Part shown: positions 50,540 through 63,337 of the stretch, piece after piece | Layout of the letters: every line of letters begins with the position of its first letter | How positions within the stretch are numbered: the stretch's first letter is position 1 | NCBI GenBank assembly: GCA_013239625.1 | Contig: MU054212.1 | Location: 3,038,001 to 3,102,000, forward strand | Reading direction: 5' to 3' | DNA from: Lama guanicoe | Taxonomy: Eukaryota | Length of the DNA stretch: 64,000 bases | Translations under genes and position numbers: made by a program | Notes under the pieces: generated by a model | What the model was told of the DNA's origin: nothing | What the model saw: only the letters and a program-made list of their open reading frames with translations | Database searches by the model: none

Positions 50540-51200
50540 GATGAGTTGGAGTCTTCAGTCTCAGAGTCCCACAGGGAGACAGATAGGAGTGGTTCGAACA
50601 TGAGAAAGACTATGAAATGTGCTGTAACAAAAGCGTGGATGGGTTTCATTCAGAGAAACAAAGGAGAAAGAGGATGTTTCCAGCCTGGGAGACACCTGGA
50701 GGAGGAAGGGACTTGAGTCTGGCCCTGGAGATGCAGCTGCATCACAGACACAGACTGGGGGTGGGGGGTTTCAGGAGGAGAAACAGCCTGAACGTGAGCA
50801 CAGATGCCGGAGAGGGCGGGGTCTGCTCCAGAGCAGAGCGTAACCCGATGAGACCGAGGTGCGGGCACATCAGTCAGGTGAGGTGACAGGGGAGAGACTG
50901 GAGGCGGAGGCTGGGGCCTGAGCCTGGGTGGCTCTGACTGCCAGGTTAGAGGAAGCTGGGAAGCCAGTCAATATTTTCGAGAACAGGAGCTGATGCGGGT
51001 ATCTTGAATTTAGGAAGACAATTCTGGAGGCAGAATGGAGAATGCGTGGCCTGGGTGGGTGTCGGGGGCCGGGACAGACTGGAGCCAGTGTCCAGTCTGG
51101 AAGCCACTGCAGTCGTTCAGATGACAGCTGGGAAGGTCATGACCTGGGAAAGTGACAGCAGGAAGGAAAAGGAGGCCTCGGACTTGGAGGTGTAGGGACC
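50540..51200 (-). mobile_element. L2 fragment
   Basis: ttgagtctggccctggagatg...aggaggagaaacagcctgaac...gggaagccagtcaatatttt...ttaggaagacaattctgg...gcagtcgttcagatga. Confidence 0.7.
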
Positions 51201-53814
51201 CAGGGAATCTGCCTGTTACAAATGTCTCTGGGGTTAAATGCAATGATGAACTTAGAGGAAGTAAAGAAGGGACCAGATTCATTTTAATAAGAAGGTGAAA
51301 AACTCGTTTTTGAATACGTTGAGCTTCGGGTGTGTACACGTTCAGCAAGTGAGCTAAACTTGCTCTTTGAGGACTGGAATACGCCTCATTCACCTGTGTA
51401 GCCTCAGCACAAAGCAGGGCATCCATCCATTCATCCATTCAGCCAACACTGATTAAATGCCCATTCTGTACCAGACTCAGGGGCTGGCCTGGAGAGGGCG
51501 CTCAACATTTATTTGTTTAACTGAACTAGACTGATCGTGATGGATTCCCACACAGCTAAGATGTCATTATGTTGAGAACATCTAATTGGTAGACGTTAGT
51601 AAGACTACTAGTTTCATGGGGATGGGACTTAGGGGTGGAAACGTAGTAACTCTTCCAGGGAGGGAGGAGCTGATAGCCTCTCTCTGGATGGGCCGCTGGT
51701 GGAGGTGTGGTGGGAGTTCACCTGCCCTCTGCTGGGTCTCTCAGCCTGGAAGTGGATGAGGAACACAAAAGCCTTGGACACAGGGGAGGTGGAATTGGAT
51801 GGCTGGGACATGCTGGGATCTGACCTACTCAGTTATAGGACTCCCTTCCCCTCCCCCGCCGACCCTCAATAATGCTCAGTGGTCAAAATGGGGACCAAAA
51901 GCAAAATGGATAACTGGAGTCAGGTGAGATTAAAAATTGGAAGGGAGGGTGTGGAGGTGGATGAAGGATCCTGACAACCAGCATCTCCAAAGTATGTCTG
52001 AGAAAATAGAGCAAGAGTGGTAGGGGACTGAGTGACGTTGTAAAGATCAAGGAATTGAGTCTTGAAGACAGAAGCCAGATTCAGCCGCGATGAGAGAGGA
52101 TAGGAGAGGTGGAAAGTCTGGAGTGCTCATCAGAGTCAGTCATTTTTTTTTTCTTCCCCAGAAAAAAATGTGCAAGTAATGAAGGTGGACGCTTTCACGG
52201 ATTAACCCAATAAATAACACCCCTTTGTACTTTTTGGTGCCTGAGTCTACGCTGCAGTTTCCTGGTGATAATAACTCCTGGTTAGAGTGAAATGAGCTGA
52301 AGGAAGCATTCTGTCAGGATCTATGTTTAACAGTGAGAAGGGAGGGGATGGCACTCCTCACCTCAATCATGACGTCCTTTGAAGTTAATCTTTGGAAATA
52401 GAATCTCAGTTTGAATTTCCTTGAGGTTCTTTTTCAGACATATGCTAAGTTGCAGCAGATTTTCCCCCACCCCCAAGTTTTTACTTCTTCCTTCCTTGGC
52501 TGTAGCAGGCATCAAAAGAGGTGCCTTTAACAGAACACAAGATGCTGTCTTAATATTTGTGGTGCCCTGAGTCTGTGGGCTCCAGGCAGGCAGAGTGGTT
52601 ACCTCTGATTCTCAGTAAGCCTGCCCTTTCTATCAGCATTTAAGGAGATGGTCCAGGTAGCAGAGCTCCTTTGACCTGGGCACGGGTAATAGGATTGTTG
52701 CCTATACTGCCCGGGTCTAAAACTCACCGAGAACAGAGTGGCACCGCAGCCCTGTTCCCACGGCGGAGGACACAGGTTCTGTCCAGCAGCCATTAGGTGG
52801 TGCTGCCTGACCATCATTGCCCCTGCAGTGTCCTGCCTGGAGTGTGGGCACGATGTGAAATGACGATCTTTTAAAAGGTGGAAGTGGCTGGGATTTCTCT
52901 ATCACCTCTGTGAAACTTATTGAATTTTCTCTCTCTCTTTTCCCCCCGCTCTCAAGAATAGTGAATTAACTGCTCTAAGGAGGCAGCAGACTGGGATGTG
53001 TCTTCTCAGACGGAAAACAGCTGTTGGCATTTGAACAGCGGTTTCCACGTTGCCAAGAGTTTTCACATGTCAGAGTTCCTGGACTCTAGTAGGTCTGCTC
53101 TCAAAAAGATTGCTGAATGAATACAAGAAGTACTGCACGGAGAGAAAATAGCTAATGAGCGTTGACTTTTGATCATGTAGAGCAAGCGCATCAGAGTTGA
53201 TCTGGCAAAAGAGGTGCTGTTTCTGCGAGACAACATGCACGACCATTGACAAACACGACACATAATCCTACTTAGTCTGTTGTGGGGGCAGGTACTATAG
53301 AAGTTGCCTTGTTAGCGGAAAATCGAAACAGCAACAGCAATAAGAGTTTATGTAAGAACCTACCCTCAGACGCTCCTGGTCTCCGAACGGCTCTTTAATG
53401 GAAGGTCAAAGACTTCGTTCTCCATCACATGTTGCTATGTGATGCTATGCTACTTTGCAGTCATGCTGAACGATTTGGCGAGGAGGCAGGGTAAAAAGAT
53501 ATTAAAGGCAGTATGTGCAGTTTCTTTGACCAGTTTGGAGAGTATTTTTATTTACCCGTGGAGTCGGTCTCGACTGCAGGAACTGTCTTCAGCAGCTTCG
53601 CCTCTTGGGGACCCCGGGAGGTGAGGGGCACCCATGAGTTCTGACATCACCTTCTTCTGGGACTTGCTGACTCTCTAGAGGGAACCCCTATGGTGTCTAG
53701 GATTTTTCAGGTTCCCTGCTAAAAACCCCTGGGATGCTGGAAGTTGTGGCTCCTACACAGGGTGGGCCTAGGATTATCTAGGATTATTGTCACAAAATAT
53801 CTACATTTTTTTAA

Positions 53815-53983
53815 ATAATTTTTTTTTAGTCTTTTTGTTTGTTTGTTTGTTTCTGTTCAGTCTTTTGGTGGGGGGTAATTAGGTTTATTTATTTAATTTT
53901 TTTAATGGAGGTACCGGAGAGTGACCCCAGGACCTTGTGCGTGTTGAGCATGCGCTCTACCACTTGAGCTACGCAATCTGCCC
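53815..53983 (-). mobile_element. tRNA-derived camelid-type SINE (Vic-1-like)
   Basis: Reverse complement of the element at 1895-2060 (ggaggtacc...cccaggacctt...gctctaccacttgagcta); T-rich tail; imperfect TSD ctacattttt / ctacagtttt. Confidence 0.88.
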
Positions 53984-53999
53984 CTACAGTTTTAAGTTT

Positions 54000-54430
54000 G
54001 AAAAAAATGACTCAGACATCACAGAAAAAGAAAGTATACAATTTTGCAAATTTTGAATTATGTCAATAAGAATTAGCAAGTACCCCTCGTCCATGCTCCT
54101 GATTTCATTCTCCGTCAGAGGCAGACACTGCTGTTTGATGTGTATCTCTTCCAGCTTTTTCCTATATTGTTACATCTCCTATAGTTCTAGAAATCACCCT
54201 GTCCTGTTTTCTCTGCCTGTGTGACACACACACACACACACACACAACTCTTGTCTTTCCTTTCTTTCTTTTTTAAACCAAAAAATGGCATACAGTATTC
54301 CATTGCACAGATGTGTCACAATTTATTTCACCAGTTTTCTACTGATGATCATTTTTGTAATATTCCCTTTTTTTTTTTTGGCTGTTATAAGCACTGCTAT
54401 AACTAACATCCAGATGGGGGCATCTTTGCA
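54000..54430 (-). mobile_element. Old L1 fragment containing a (CA)n tract (54225-54246)
   Basis: atggcatacagtattccattgcacagatgtgtcacaatttatttcaccagttttctactgatgatcattt. Confidence 0.65.
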
Positions 54431-57400
54431 TTCTATCAACTGGTTTAAATTGGTAAAGTTGTACACGAGGAAAATTGCATGACATCCTACCTAACGTGTA
54501 AGCCTGTATCAATATTACACTGCAAATCACCCTTTGTGGTTTTGAGCAGGAATCAGGGGATGACTATTTCTGGACCTCCCATCAATGCATCAATGGGGAT
54601 TTGGCCACAGCTCCTCACTATTTCACACTGTTAGTTTTCTCTGAGGGTGTTACACACTCATCACCTCAAGAAAGCTATAGTTATTCATTCACTGGCCCCC
54701 TGCCTTTTTTTTCCCCTTCATATTTCCCTTTTTAACAGTATCTAATTTCTTTATAGAAAATGTGCCCATTTTTACTTTCATTTCCATGTCTTTACTTTCT
54801 TTTTCCTTCCCTCCTTCCCTCCCTCTTTTTTCTCTCCTTACTTTGAAAGCACAACGTTACTTATCAGTCAGGTTTCCCATTTGGAATGCTCCCCTTGGAA
54901 TTATTTTCTTTTCCTGGGGAAATTCTGAGTTTAAAATAAAAATAAGCAGGTGGCTCATGTGCTATTTCTCTCCCATCTCCCTTTTAGTAAGTAAGGCTCC
55001 GTGGAGTCTCCCTGGGGGCTGCCGGCTCTCAGCAGTGAGCTGTCGTACAAGCATGTTCCAAGATTTCCTCTTAGATCCCTGCTAAGACGAAGACGACTGT
55101 GTCTGGTGGCAGGAAGCTATGGGGGCACCAGAAATGAGTGCCTTAACGGTGTGGTTTCAAGCTGGCTCATCTCTCAGGGTGGATGTTTCTAAGAATTTAT
55201 AGGGAGAGTCGTTTGACCAAGACTGTAAAGTTGAGAAAAGTGGTGGCAGTAATCATTGCCGATTAAACAGAACTGGAGGAATCATCGCTATGAAAAGGGA
55301 GGGTGGATCTTGAGATGGAGACAAGAATTCACCATTTAACAGGTGTTTGCAGGGACGAGGTTTAACCTGAATATTCCTCAGCACATCATAATAGCAACTG
55401 ATTCTATTTGTTGGGAAAAATTTATAAAACGATTAGTTAGTCAACCTTTTTTCCCTCCAACGTGTCACTAGTATATACACGACACAGGCAACAGATGTTA
55501 GAACAAACCAACCAATTTTTTCTCTTGTGAGTAACTGATCAGATTCTATATGGTGGACATGCTCTGGTCGCCTTCACTGTAAAACAACAAGGTTTGGTTC
55601 AGTTGTTGAATCACTGAAGGTGGCCCATTAGGACTGGCTACTTGGAGCTCAACTTGCAAAGGGGTGTGTTTTTCATTGTGATGGCCAGACAGCCTCAGAA
55701 CCATATTCTGAGAGTCTCTGCTCCTTCATATAGATAGTCACAGCTTCTCTGAATGAAGATGGAGAGTGAAGCATGTTGCCATGTTTTGTTTCCCAGCATC
55801 TGAGATACAAAAGACGAAACCAAAGGCATCATCGGTGTTCCTGCCTACCTGTGGTTTGCCTTTATTGTTCTGCAAGAGGAGGTCTCACACATGGGAAACC
55901 ATATGCTCCATCACGGTTCAACTTTTGATGTCTCATCCGGGAGAGGTTTGAGCCCCCATCCCTCAACATTTCTTTTATGACTCCGAGATTAAAAGACCAT
56001 ATTCCATTTTATTTTATTGTATCTTTTGGGAGAGGCACAGAAACAGTAACTCCTAGCGGAGGAGGGGACTGTGTGCCCTCTGAGCTGGAAACAGATGCTA
56101 ATGCGAACCTTCTGGCAAGATTGCTGGCAAGATCACAAATATATAAATATTTCTGCATCTTTCAAAGTGAGGATGCCTCTGACAATAAAAGAAAGTTGAA
56201 TTACTGAATATATCCCCCCAAATACCATGTGCATCTGTAACAAAGCAACATTCCTCTTTTCTGACCAAAAGAGAAATTTTAGTTGGTCGCTCAATCAAAA
56301 AAAAAAAAAAAAAGGCCAGGTAAAGTAAGGAATCATGAAAAATAGCTTAAGCAAGTCTTACTGACTTTACTTAAGCTTGAGATCCTTAGTTATACACGAG
56401 TTCACCAGCCTTGTGAGGTGGGTCAGGACCTTGTCCCTGGCTTGGGATCTGCTGATGAATGCTCTGCCGTGGCTGTCGGGCACAAGGAACACCCACACCG
56501 CATCATTTACAGTGTTCAGCTTCAGCTTCTTAAGTGCAAGGAGAACTTATGGAAACTTAGAAGGAAATCTGCGGTCAGGATGCTTCTGGATTTTTATGAT
56601 CACCCCCTTCAATCCTTTACTTGCCTTCCTCACATTGACTATAAAAGCTCTTTTTAAGTGAACTATTTTTGTTGTTTCTTTCCAACACGTTTGACATGGT
56701 TTTGTAGAAATAGATCTTTGGCTCTTTGTGTTCACGTTCATTCCTTTTAATAAGGCTCAATGAGATCACACAATTACGTTAAAAGCACAACTGGCGACAC
56801 TGGATTTAGGAACGGCTTCCTGCGGAGCGCCCGACGCAGGGGCCTGGACAGGACTGTGTGGGTCTGATGAGCGGTCTGCTAGTTGAGAGAACTGGGTGTT
56901 CCGCGGGCACCAAATGGTATGCTTCACAGAGGGCAATGACAGCCAGCCTCAGTTAGTCTTTCGTCGTGGGAGGGAGGTTGGCTAAGAGAGGATTTTTGAA
57001 TCGTTGTCATCGAGTATATAGGTCCTTGTAGGTCAATGAGCAACTCTTCCATATTCTTTTTGTTTGTTTGTTTTGGTGCAATAAATGTATTTATTTTTCA
57101 GTTTAAGCAAGCCAGGGGGTGAATAAATCCAAAATGAAAATGCCACCCAGAGATTAGCTGTGGGCCACACACGCAATGTGACTGAGCAAAACCAAGCTGT
57201 TTCCAAACCCGTGTGCAGACTCAATTCCTTCATGAATCAACTGTGTGGCACCACCTGTTTTGTTAAGTGTCTTTCTGAAGATACGGAGTTTGTCTTTGTG
57301 TGGCAAGAAGTCTCCTTTCACAAAATTGTGTGTGTGTGTTTGTGTCTTCCATATTCTTTCATTGCATCAACATACAGAATGGTTGCTCTCGGCTAATGCC

Positions 57401-58854
57401 TCTTTAAACAATTGCAATATGGCATCCTTTAAAAGCTGGTCTCATCTTCGGGGGCCAGCAAGTCTTTATTCAGGCAATAGAAATGTGTAAATGAATGAAG
57501 TCTGTGTATTAAACACTTCTGAGTGCAGGCTATTACAAACTTCTATTGGTTTTTTTTTCTTTCTTTTTTTTCCTAAAAGACATGTGCATTACAGATGATG
57601 GGAAATCTCTATGTTCAACAATAAAAGTAAGAGAGAAAACCAGAGTGTTATTTAATGTTGGAAATCAAAACTGTGTCCCTGATTGAATTAAGAGGTGGAG
57701 AGGAAGACTTTCAGGTCCCCAGGTGGACTGGAAAATGTAGGTGCCTGCAAGCTTGCAGTCAGTCGGCAAATGTCCAGTCACTATGTGTCTTCACTGCTCA
57801 TAACAGTGCCCCGCTCTGGGCTCTTGCTTGTTCTGCCTGATGACAAGGCCACCTTGACGAGGAGCCCCCCCAGAACCTTCCCCAGGGGCCTCCTGGGCTG
57901 CCCCCCCCCCGGACATCTGCCTTCAGAGGACACGATACAGAAATCTTCAGGACAGAAGGAGGGCCGAGCTGCTGCTGTGTGCTCGGCTGGCTGAACTCCT
58001 AACATCCGATGATTAGATTTGATTTTTATGTCATCCTGAACTCTATTTTCAGTTCTCTCCCTTTTATCTTTTCTCGGCATCACAACCTTTACTACAAAGC
58101 TCATTTCAAGGGAAAAATCTCCAAGAATTCTAATCACTCCTGCTTCACGCTTGTCTGTTTGGGACACCAGCTCACAAGGTGTCCTTTGAATGATTGCTTT
58201 TAGTGAAATCAAAGTGACTTGAGGGGCAAAACTTTGATACCCGACTACGTGTTTTATGCCACTTCGGGGCTTCCTCTCGCAACTTGATGGGATAAACGTG
58301 AAACGTGAATCATCAGGGGTGAAGAGGGCTGAGGCTTGTGTTCTAGATTGTTGGCAGAATTTTAAATTAACACCAGGAACGTGCTCAGAAGAACTGGCCA
58401 TTTTGTGAGACTTCAGAGGCAACCTGGAGTCAGGTCTGTGATTCTAGAATGTTTTCAAATTGGGGCGATGGGTTTTCTTTGTGGTCAGATGCCTCGGGCA
58501 GCAGCCACAAAAGTGACTTCTTGCCCTTAGAGGGTCTTTTCCTTCCTTACTTTTGCAGCAGTTCTGCAAGTGGTGATGACTTTGGGGAGACTACTAAGGG
58601 TTATGTAGGAAGGGTGGAAGACCTCTCCTTCATCCCGGGCTGGCACCCAGGATGCAAGATCTACCTCCTTCCATCTGCAAGCCCTCTGGAGCCGGGCCTG
58701 CTCTGAGAGCTATGTCTCCTCTTGATTAGAAAAGGAATCTTCAGCACAATGCTGCAGAACAATGTAGCCTTACCATTCTTTCCATCAGAGTGGGCTCTTA
58801 AAATGACTTACAGCAGCAAAAGTTACCAGATGTCCACTTGTCACCTCTAATAAG

Positions 58855-59040
58855 AAACACTGAACGCTTACTATGAACAAGACATGGCACACGTATATTT
58901 CCTTTAATCTTCTCAATAGCTTTGGTGGCTTTATCATCCTCTTCCTACAAAGGAAGAAAATGAGGTTTAGAAAGATAAAGATCCCACAGCTCGTAAGGGG
59001 CAAAGCTGGGATGTAAATGCCCTTCTATCTGCTTTCAAAA
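58855..59040 (-). mobile_element. MIR SINE
   Basis: atttcctttaatcttctcaatagc...aggaagaaaatgaggtttagaaag...cacagctcgtaaggggcaaagctgggat. Confidence 0.8.
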
Positions 59041-60247
59041 ATGGTGGTTATTAACTGGGAAACATTCGGGGGCTCTTTCAAGGTATCATTGTGAAGGTTT
59101 ATTTGGTATTATTCATTCCAAGTTAGAGAAAAGGAAGCACATGACATCTCATCTGGCCTCTTCAGTTCTTGGAAGGGAGAACGAGATGAAAAGGTGAGTA
59201 CTTTTGATAATTGTCTTCTTAGATCACCGTCCACGCTGCCAAACAGATGCCACGCTCTATCATCACAGTGCGTTTATTCAGCATAAGGGCAACGAAGAGA
59301 AATTAGTAGCTCCTGGCCCACAGGTAGGAAGGAGAATGGAGACTATTCTAGAATGATATAAAGCATAAGCCCAAGTGAAGGAAGGCTGTTCTAGCCTGTG
59401 AAACAACCACAGCTCGCCGGTCACTGCAGATGGCAACCTCTGGGTGCTGCCGGGGACCCAGCGAGGGCTCCTGTGCTCTCCTGGTAGCGGGCTTCACGGC
59501 GGCGAGGGGCTGGCACAGCTTCCGGGGTCCGCCTCCTCCACGGGCTCGCCTTCTGAAACACTCTGACAGCCTGCACTCGGACGGGCTCGCGAGCCCAAGA
59601 AATGAGGGCCGTTTTCTTTGCAAGTGTTTGCCAGGGTGTGGCCTAACAGGAGGAACGATTCTGTACATAATGGTATACCATTGTGATGAGTGCTTTTAAA
59701 CAAAAAATACCCCGAAGACAGCACTGCCCAGCTCAAAAGCAATTCAGATGGATTACGCGACCTCTTTCGGCACCAGCGTTTCCTTTATGTTCTTGGAAAT
59801 AGCTGGAGAGACTTTCCACACACATTTCAATCCTGGGACTTGGAAAGTTTCTCTCTTGTGCCTTAAAGAGCAGCGCGTGCCACTATTAAACTTGAACTGC
59901 CTGGACAGCTGTGAAGACAGAAAAGAAATCCCAAGATGGAACATTTTCATTTTGTTGTGGGTATTGCTTATCGTGCAGCTGGTCTGAATTTTCTCTAAAA
60001 AGATGTTGTGCCACTGTTCCTCTGAGGCAGAACCTGAGGGCAAGTATCTCAACTCATCACCCCACACCTCCTTTTCGATCTCAGCAAGTCGTTTTGCCCT
60101 TAACTCTGTTGTGCAAAATCACAAAAGATGGCTGTTTGTCAGAATCTTCTGTAGGATGCAGTCTACGAGCTCATTCTCCGAAGTTGCTGGAACACGGCAT
60201 TCCATTGTAAAAGATTTTCTACATCCACCCCCAACCCCATTTTCACA

Positions 60248-60261
60248 GTTTCCATGGTAAC
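60248..60261. promoter_or_regulatory. RFX X-box motif
   Basis: gtttccatggtaac, a close match to the palindromic RFX site GTT(T/G)CCATGG(C/T)AAC. Confidence 0.55.
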
Positions 60262-61425
60262 GTTTTGCTCTGATGACACCTCCAGGATTATTACCGCCGT
60301 CCCAGTTATTTCCTCGGATTACTACCGCTGTTCATTGTCATCAGCATCATTTTGACTGTAGGTTAGTCACGTCCGGAGCCTTAACGCCTGGCCTCTGGGG
60401 AGCGTGTTCTCCAAACAGTTGCAAAGTGAAAAGAAAAAAATTAGGACGTGAATTCCAAGAGGTTACCGGAAGTGCAATTATCCGACATCAGGTTTATTTT
60501 TTTCCTTTCCCTTTTCATTTTCCCACCAAGTCAATCTAACCCCTCCAGAATAGATGTGTTTGTTGGTATTACTTTTTGTTTTTAGAGAAGGAATGTATAT
60601 GTGCACAAGTGTATGTGTTGGGGGTGGGAGGAATTCTACACCCAAAAGGAAATTTTCATTACTAATGGAAATTTTCATTAAATGTTAGAAACGAGTTATT
60701 TAGAGATTAAGTTTTAACAGACAATTATCCACCGATTTTATTATAGCTGTTGCGCCAAACCTGTGACCCTCTTCCAGGCTGAAGGGGGAAGAGGCCTCCT
60801 TTTAGTGACATGTTAGTTAGCGAGACCCCCAGGTCAGCTGGGACATCCCGTACCTTTGAGATCTGCTTAACGTTGCCTGGAAACCCTACCACCTAGGCCT
60901 TGAGAGTCCAGAGCCCTCACTGTAATGTGCACAAGTCCCCATAGCTGTGCTTTCCATCTCCAGGTCCCTGTGTTGATGCTTACTGCTCCTGCCGGGTTTA
61001 GGGAAACCCTGGATGCAGGATTCAGTGTCTTCACCAGTTTCTAGAAGAAATTCAGATCAAGTTAGCTTGCCTTCTTGCCTTGCTGCCCTCCATCCCTCCC
61101 TCCCTTCTCCTTCACTCTTTCTTCCTTCTGGCTTTCCTGCCTCCTTCACACACCCCTTCCTTTCTTTTGATGGGGGGCAGGGCTTTGATGAATTGGTGAG
61201 TCGCTAGTCACCTCTTAAGGGAACGGCCACCTATCACCTGGTTCCCCAGCGCCGACAACGTCTCACCTCCTTTCTTCCTCTCTTCCTCTTACTTCCCCTC
61301 CTGGCACATTCAAGCATTTCTTCTCCTTGTCTTACTTAAGGCAGCAATCCCTGAAAGGAGTTCAGTTTTCTCCTCTTCGTTCATTTTGCCCATAGATATG
61401 TTTGTGGCACCTGCAAATCAATTAA

Positions 61426-61678
61426 AGATCTTTCTCCACCCACAATGTGGTTACGCCCTGAAGTTGAAAACATACTAAGTCCAAAATGCATTTAATACAC
61501 CTAACCTAGCAAACATCGTGGCTTAGCCTAGCCCACCTTAAATGTGCTCGGAACACTTCTGCTAGCCTGTGGCTGAGCACCGTCATCTAACACAAAGCCT
61601 CTTTTATACTAAAGTGTTGAAAATCTCGTGTCATTTATTGACTACTGGACTGAAAGTGAAAAACAGAATGGCTGTCTG
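61426..61678. mobile_element. MER6-like Tc1/mariner-Tigger element
   Basis: aaaatgcatttaatacacctaaccta...gcttagcctagcccaccttaaatgtgctc...atctaacacaaagcct...ctgaaagtgaaaaacagaatgg. Confidence 0.85.
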
Positions 61679-62229
61679 TTTTTGTAAAAGCCTCTTCGTA
61701 AGTGATGTCACAATATGCTGTATCTTTTCATCTCTGCATTTCTGTTTGTAGTTATGTGTTTATTTCTGATTATTTAATTCACATAAGCCTCCAGTAAAAC
61801 TCATCGCCGTGGCCCGTTGTTTAGCACCTGTCACACAGGAGGTATATGATCAACATTTTTGAGCAAATAGGTAAATAATTGCCTCCTTTGTAAGACTGAG
61901 GTCTACATTATATAACGCATCTAAGTGATATGGCACAGTGCCGGTATATAGTAAGTGCTTAATACATGCACATTATTATAATTATTCTTACTCCTGTAGG
62001 TCTGGTGTTCTTGACTCTTAGAGAAAGCTGAGAGATGAATACTTTGCATTTCTTCAGCTAAGTCGCAATAGCTCTGTTAGCTAAGTTTTAATAGTACAAA
62101 GGCTTTCATTAAGCTCAATATTCTGCCCCTGGCTTTCGACTGAGTGTTAATTTAAGAAATGGAGACTTCCGAGGTCATCTGTGGGGCCCCTCATGAAGAC
62201 TGCCTGCCGTGAGGCAGGCAGGGGAAGGG

Positions 62230-62430
62230 GCTTTGGGGTTTGGATTCTGACTTTTTCATTCTAGCAGGAGGCATGGGCGACTTCTCTCTCTGTGCCTTTA
62301 TTTTCTAACCTGTAAAGCAGGCATACTCATCTGTCTCGCTGTGCTGTTATGATGATTAAATTATCGATACATAAAGAGTTTAGGAGAATGCTTGGCACAT
62401 AACAGACATTCAATATATCTTAGCTATTCT
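62230..62430 (+). mobile_element. MIR SINE
   Basis: tctctgtgcctttattttctaacctgtaaa...gctgttatgatgattaaat...aatgcttggcacataa. Confidence 0.7.
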
Positions 62431-63337
62431 TTTTACAAGGACTCGTAGGATACATTATTCCTGGAATTTAGTACAAAACAGAAAATAGTCACCCTTAAAG
62501 GGTTGGTATTTTTCTTTTTACATCATGGCACATTTAATAGAGGCCGTTACATATCCTCTTCACACTTGCTATCAGAAATTTCAGAGTTAACTTTAGTGCT
62601 TCCGTGTAGCGAATCTCTCATCTCTGACCCATGTACATAAGCACCATTCTGACTGTAGAGTTTATTATTCCTTGTATTTATCCTGCGGATCTGGATTTTT
62701 TTTAAAGTTGAAATCTCCCTCCAATCCTTTTGGGAAGCAGGTGGGGGTACAAATGATAAATTCATGAATTTCACAATAATATGTTAGGAAGGAAACACAT
62801 TTTAGGTACTATTTATGTCAGATTAATTTCTTGTGATCTGAAGTTTCTCTGTAACCCTGCATAAACGTCTCCATTCCTTTGTGAATAACTAAAAGCAAAT
62901 TCAGTATTATTGTGGGAATGATTCAGTTCAGAAATGCTAATGTAATATGTTCCAAATGCTTATAATTAGAAATTGCAAAATGAATGCTGGAAGTATTTGA
63001 AAAGCCCAAATTATTTTCCACTATTCATATCACAGAATCATAGAATTATAGAACAGGATGTAATTTGTTTCCATGTCTCACTTGGTTTGACCAAACTAAC
63101 CAACTTAATCTTCTGTTAACCTAGTTCCAATTTCTTCTTAGAAAGGAGACAAAACTACTGTATTTTCATTGATTTATGGCATCAGAACACGTTTCTAGTT
63201 GGGTATTTCATTTGACTCCCTCTCAAGGTCAACACCTTGACCACTTGAAATAGAAGGCTATCAACCCCATGCTAAAATTTTTTGAAGAAGAAATTTTAAA
63301 GACCTTCACTGATAACTTTTATCAAGACTTTTTAGCA

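Noticed and set aside
53150..53335. Hammerhead ribozyme or H/ACA snoRNA in the 53-kb block
   Set aside because: A gaaac with a matching stem exists, but no CUGANGA core is correctly placed; an H-box-like aaaata lacks a properly spaced ACA
57781..58422. 213-aa minus-strand ORF
   Set aside because: Starts at a non-ATG codon, no family resemblance, no splice context; the length is attainable by chance in 64 kb
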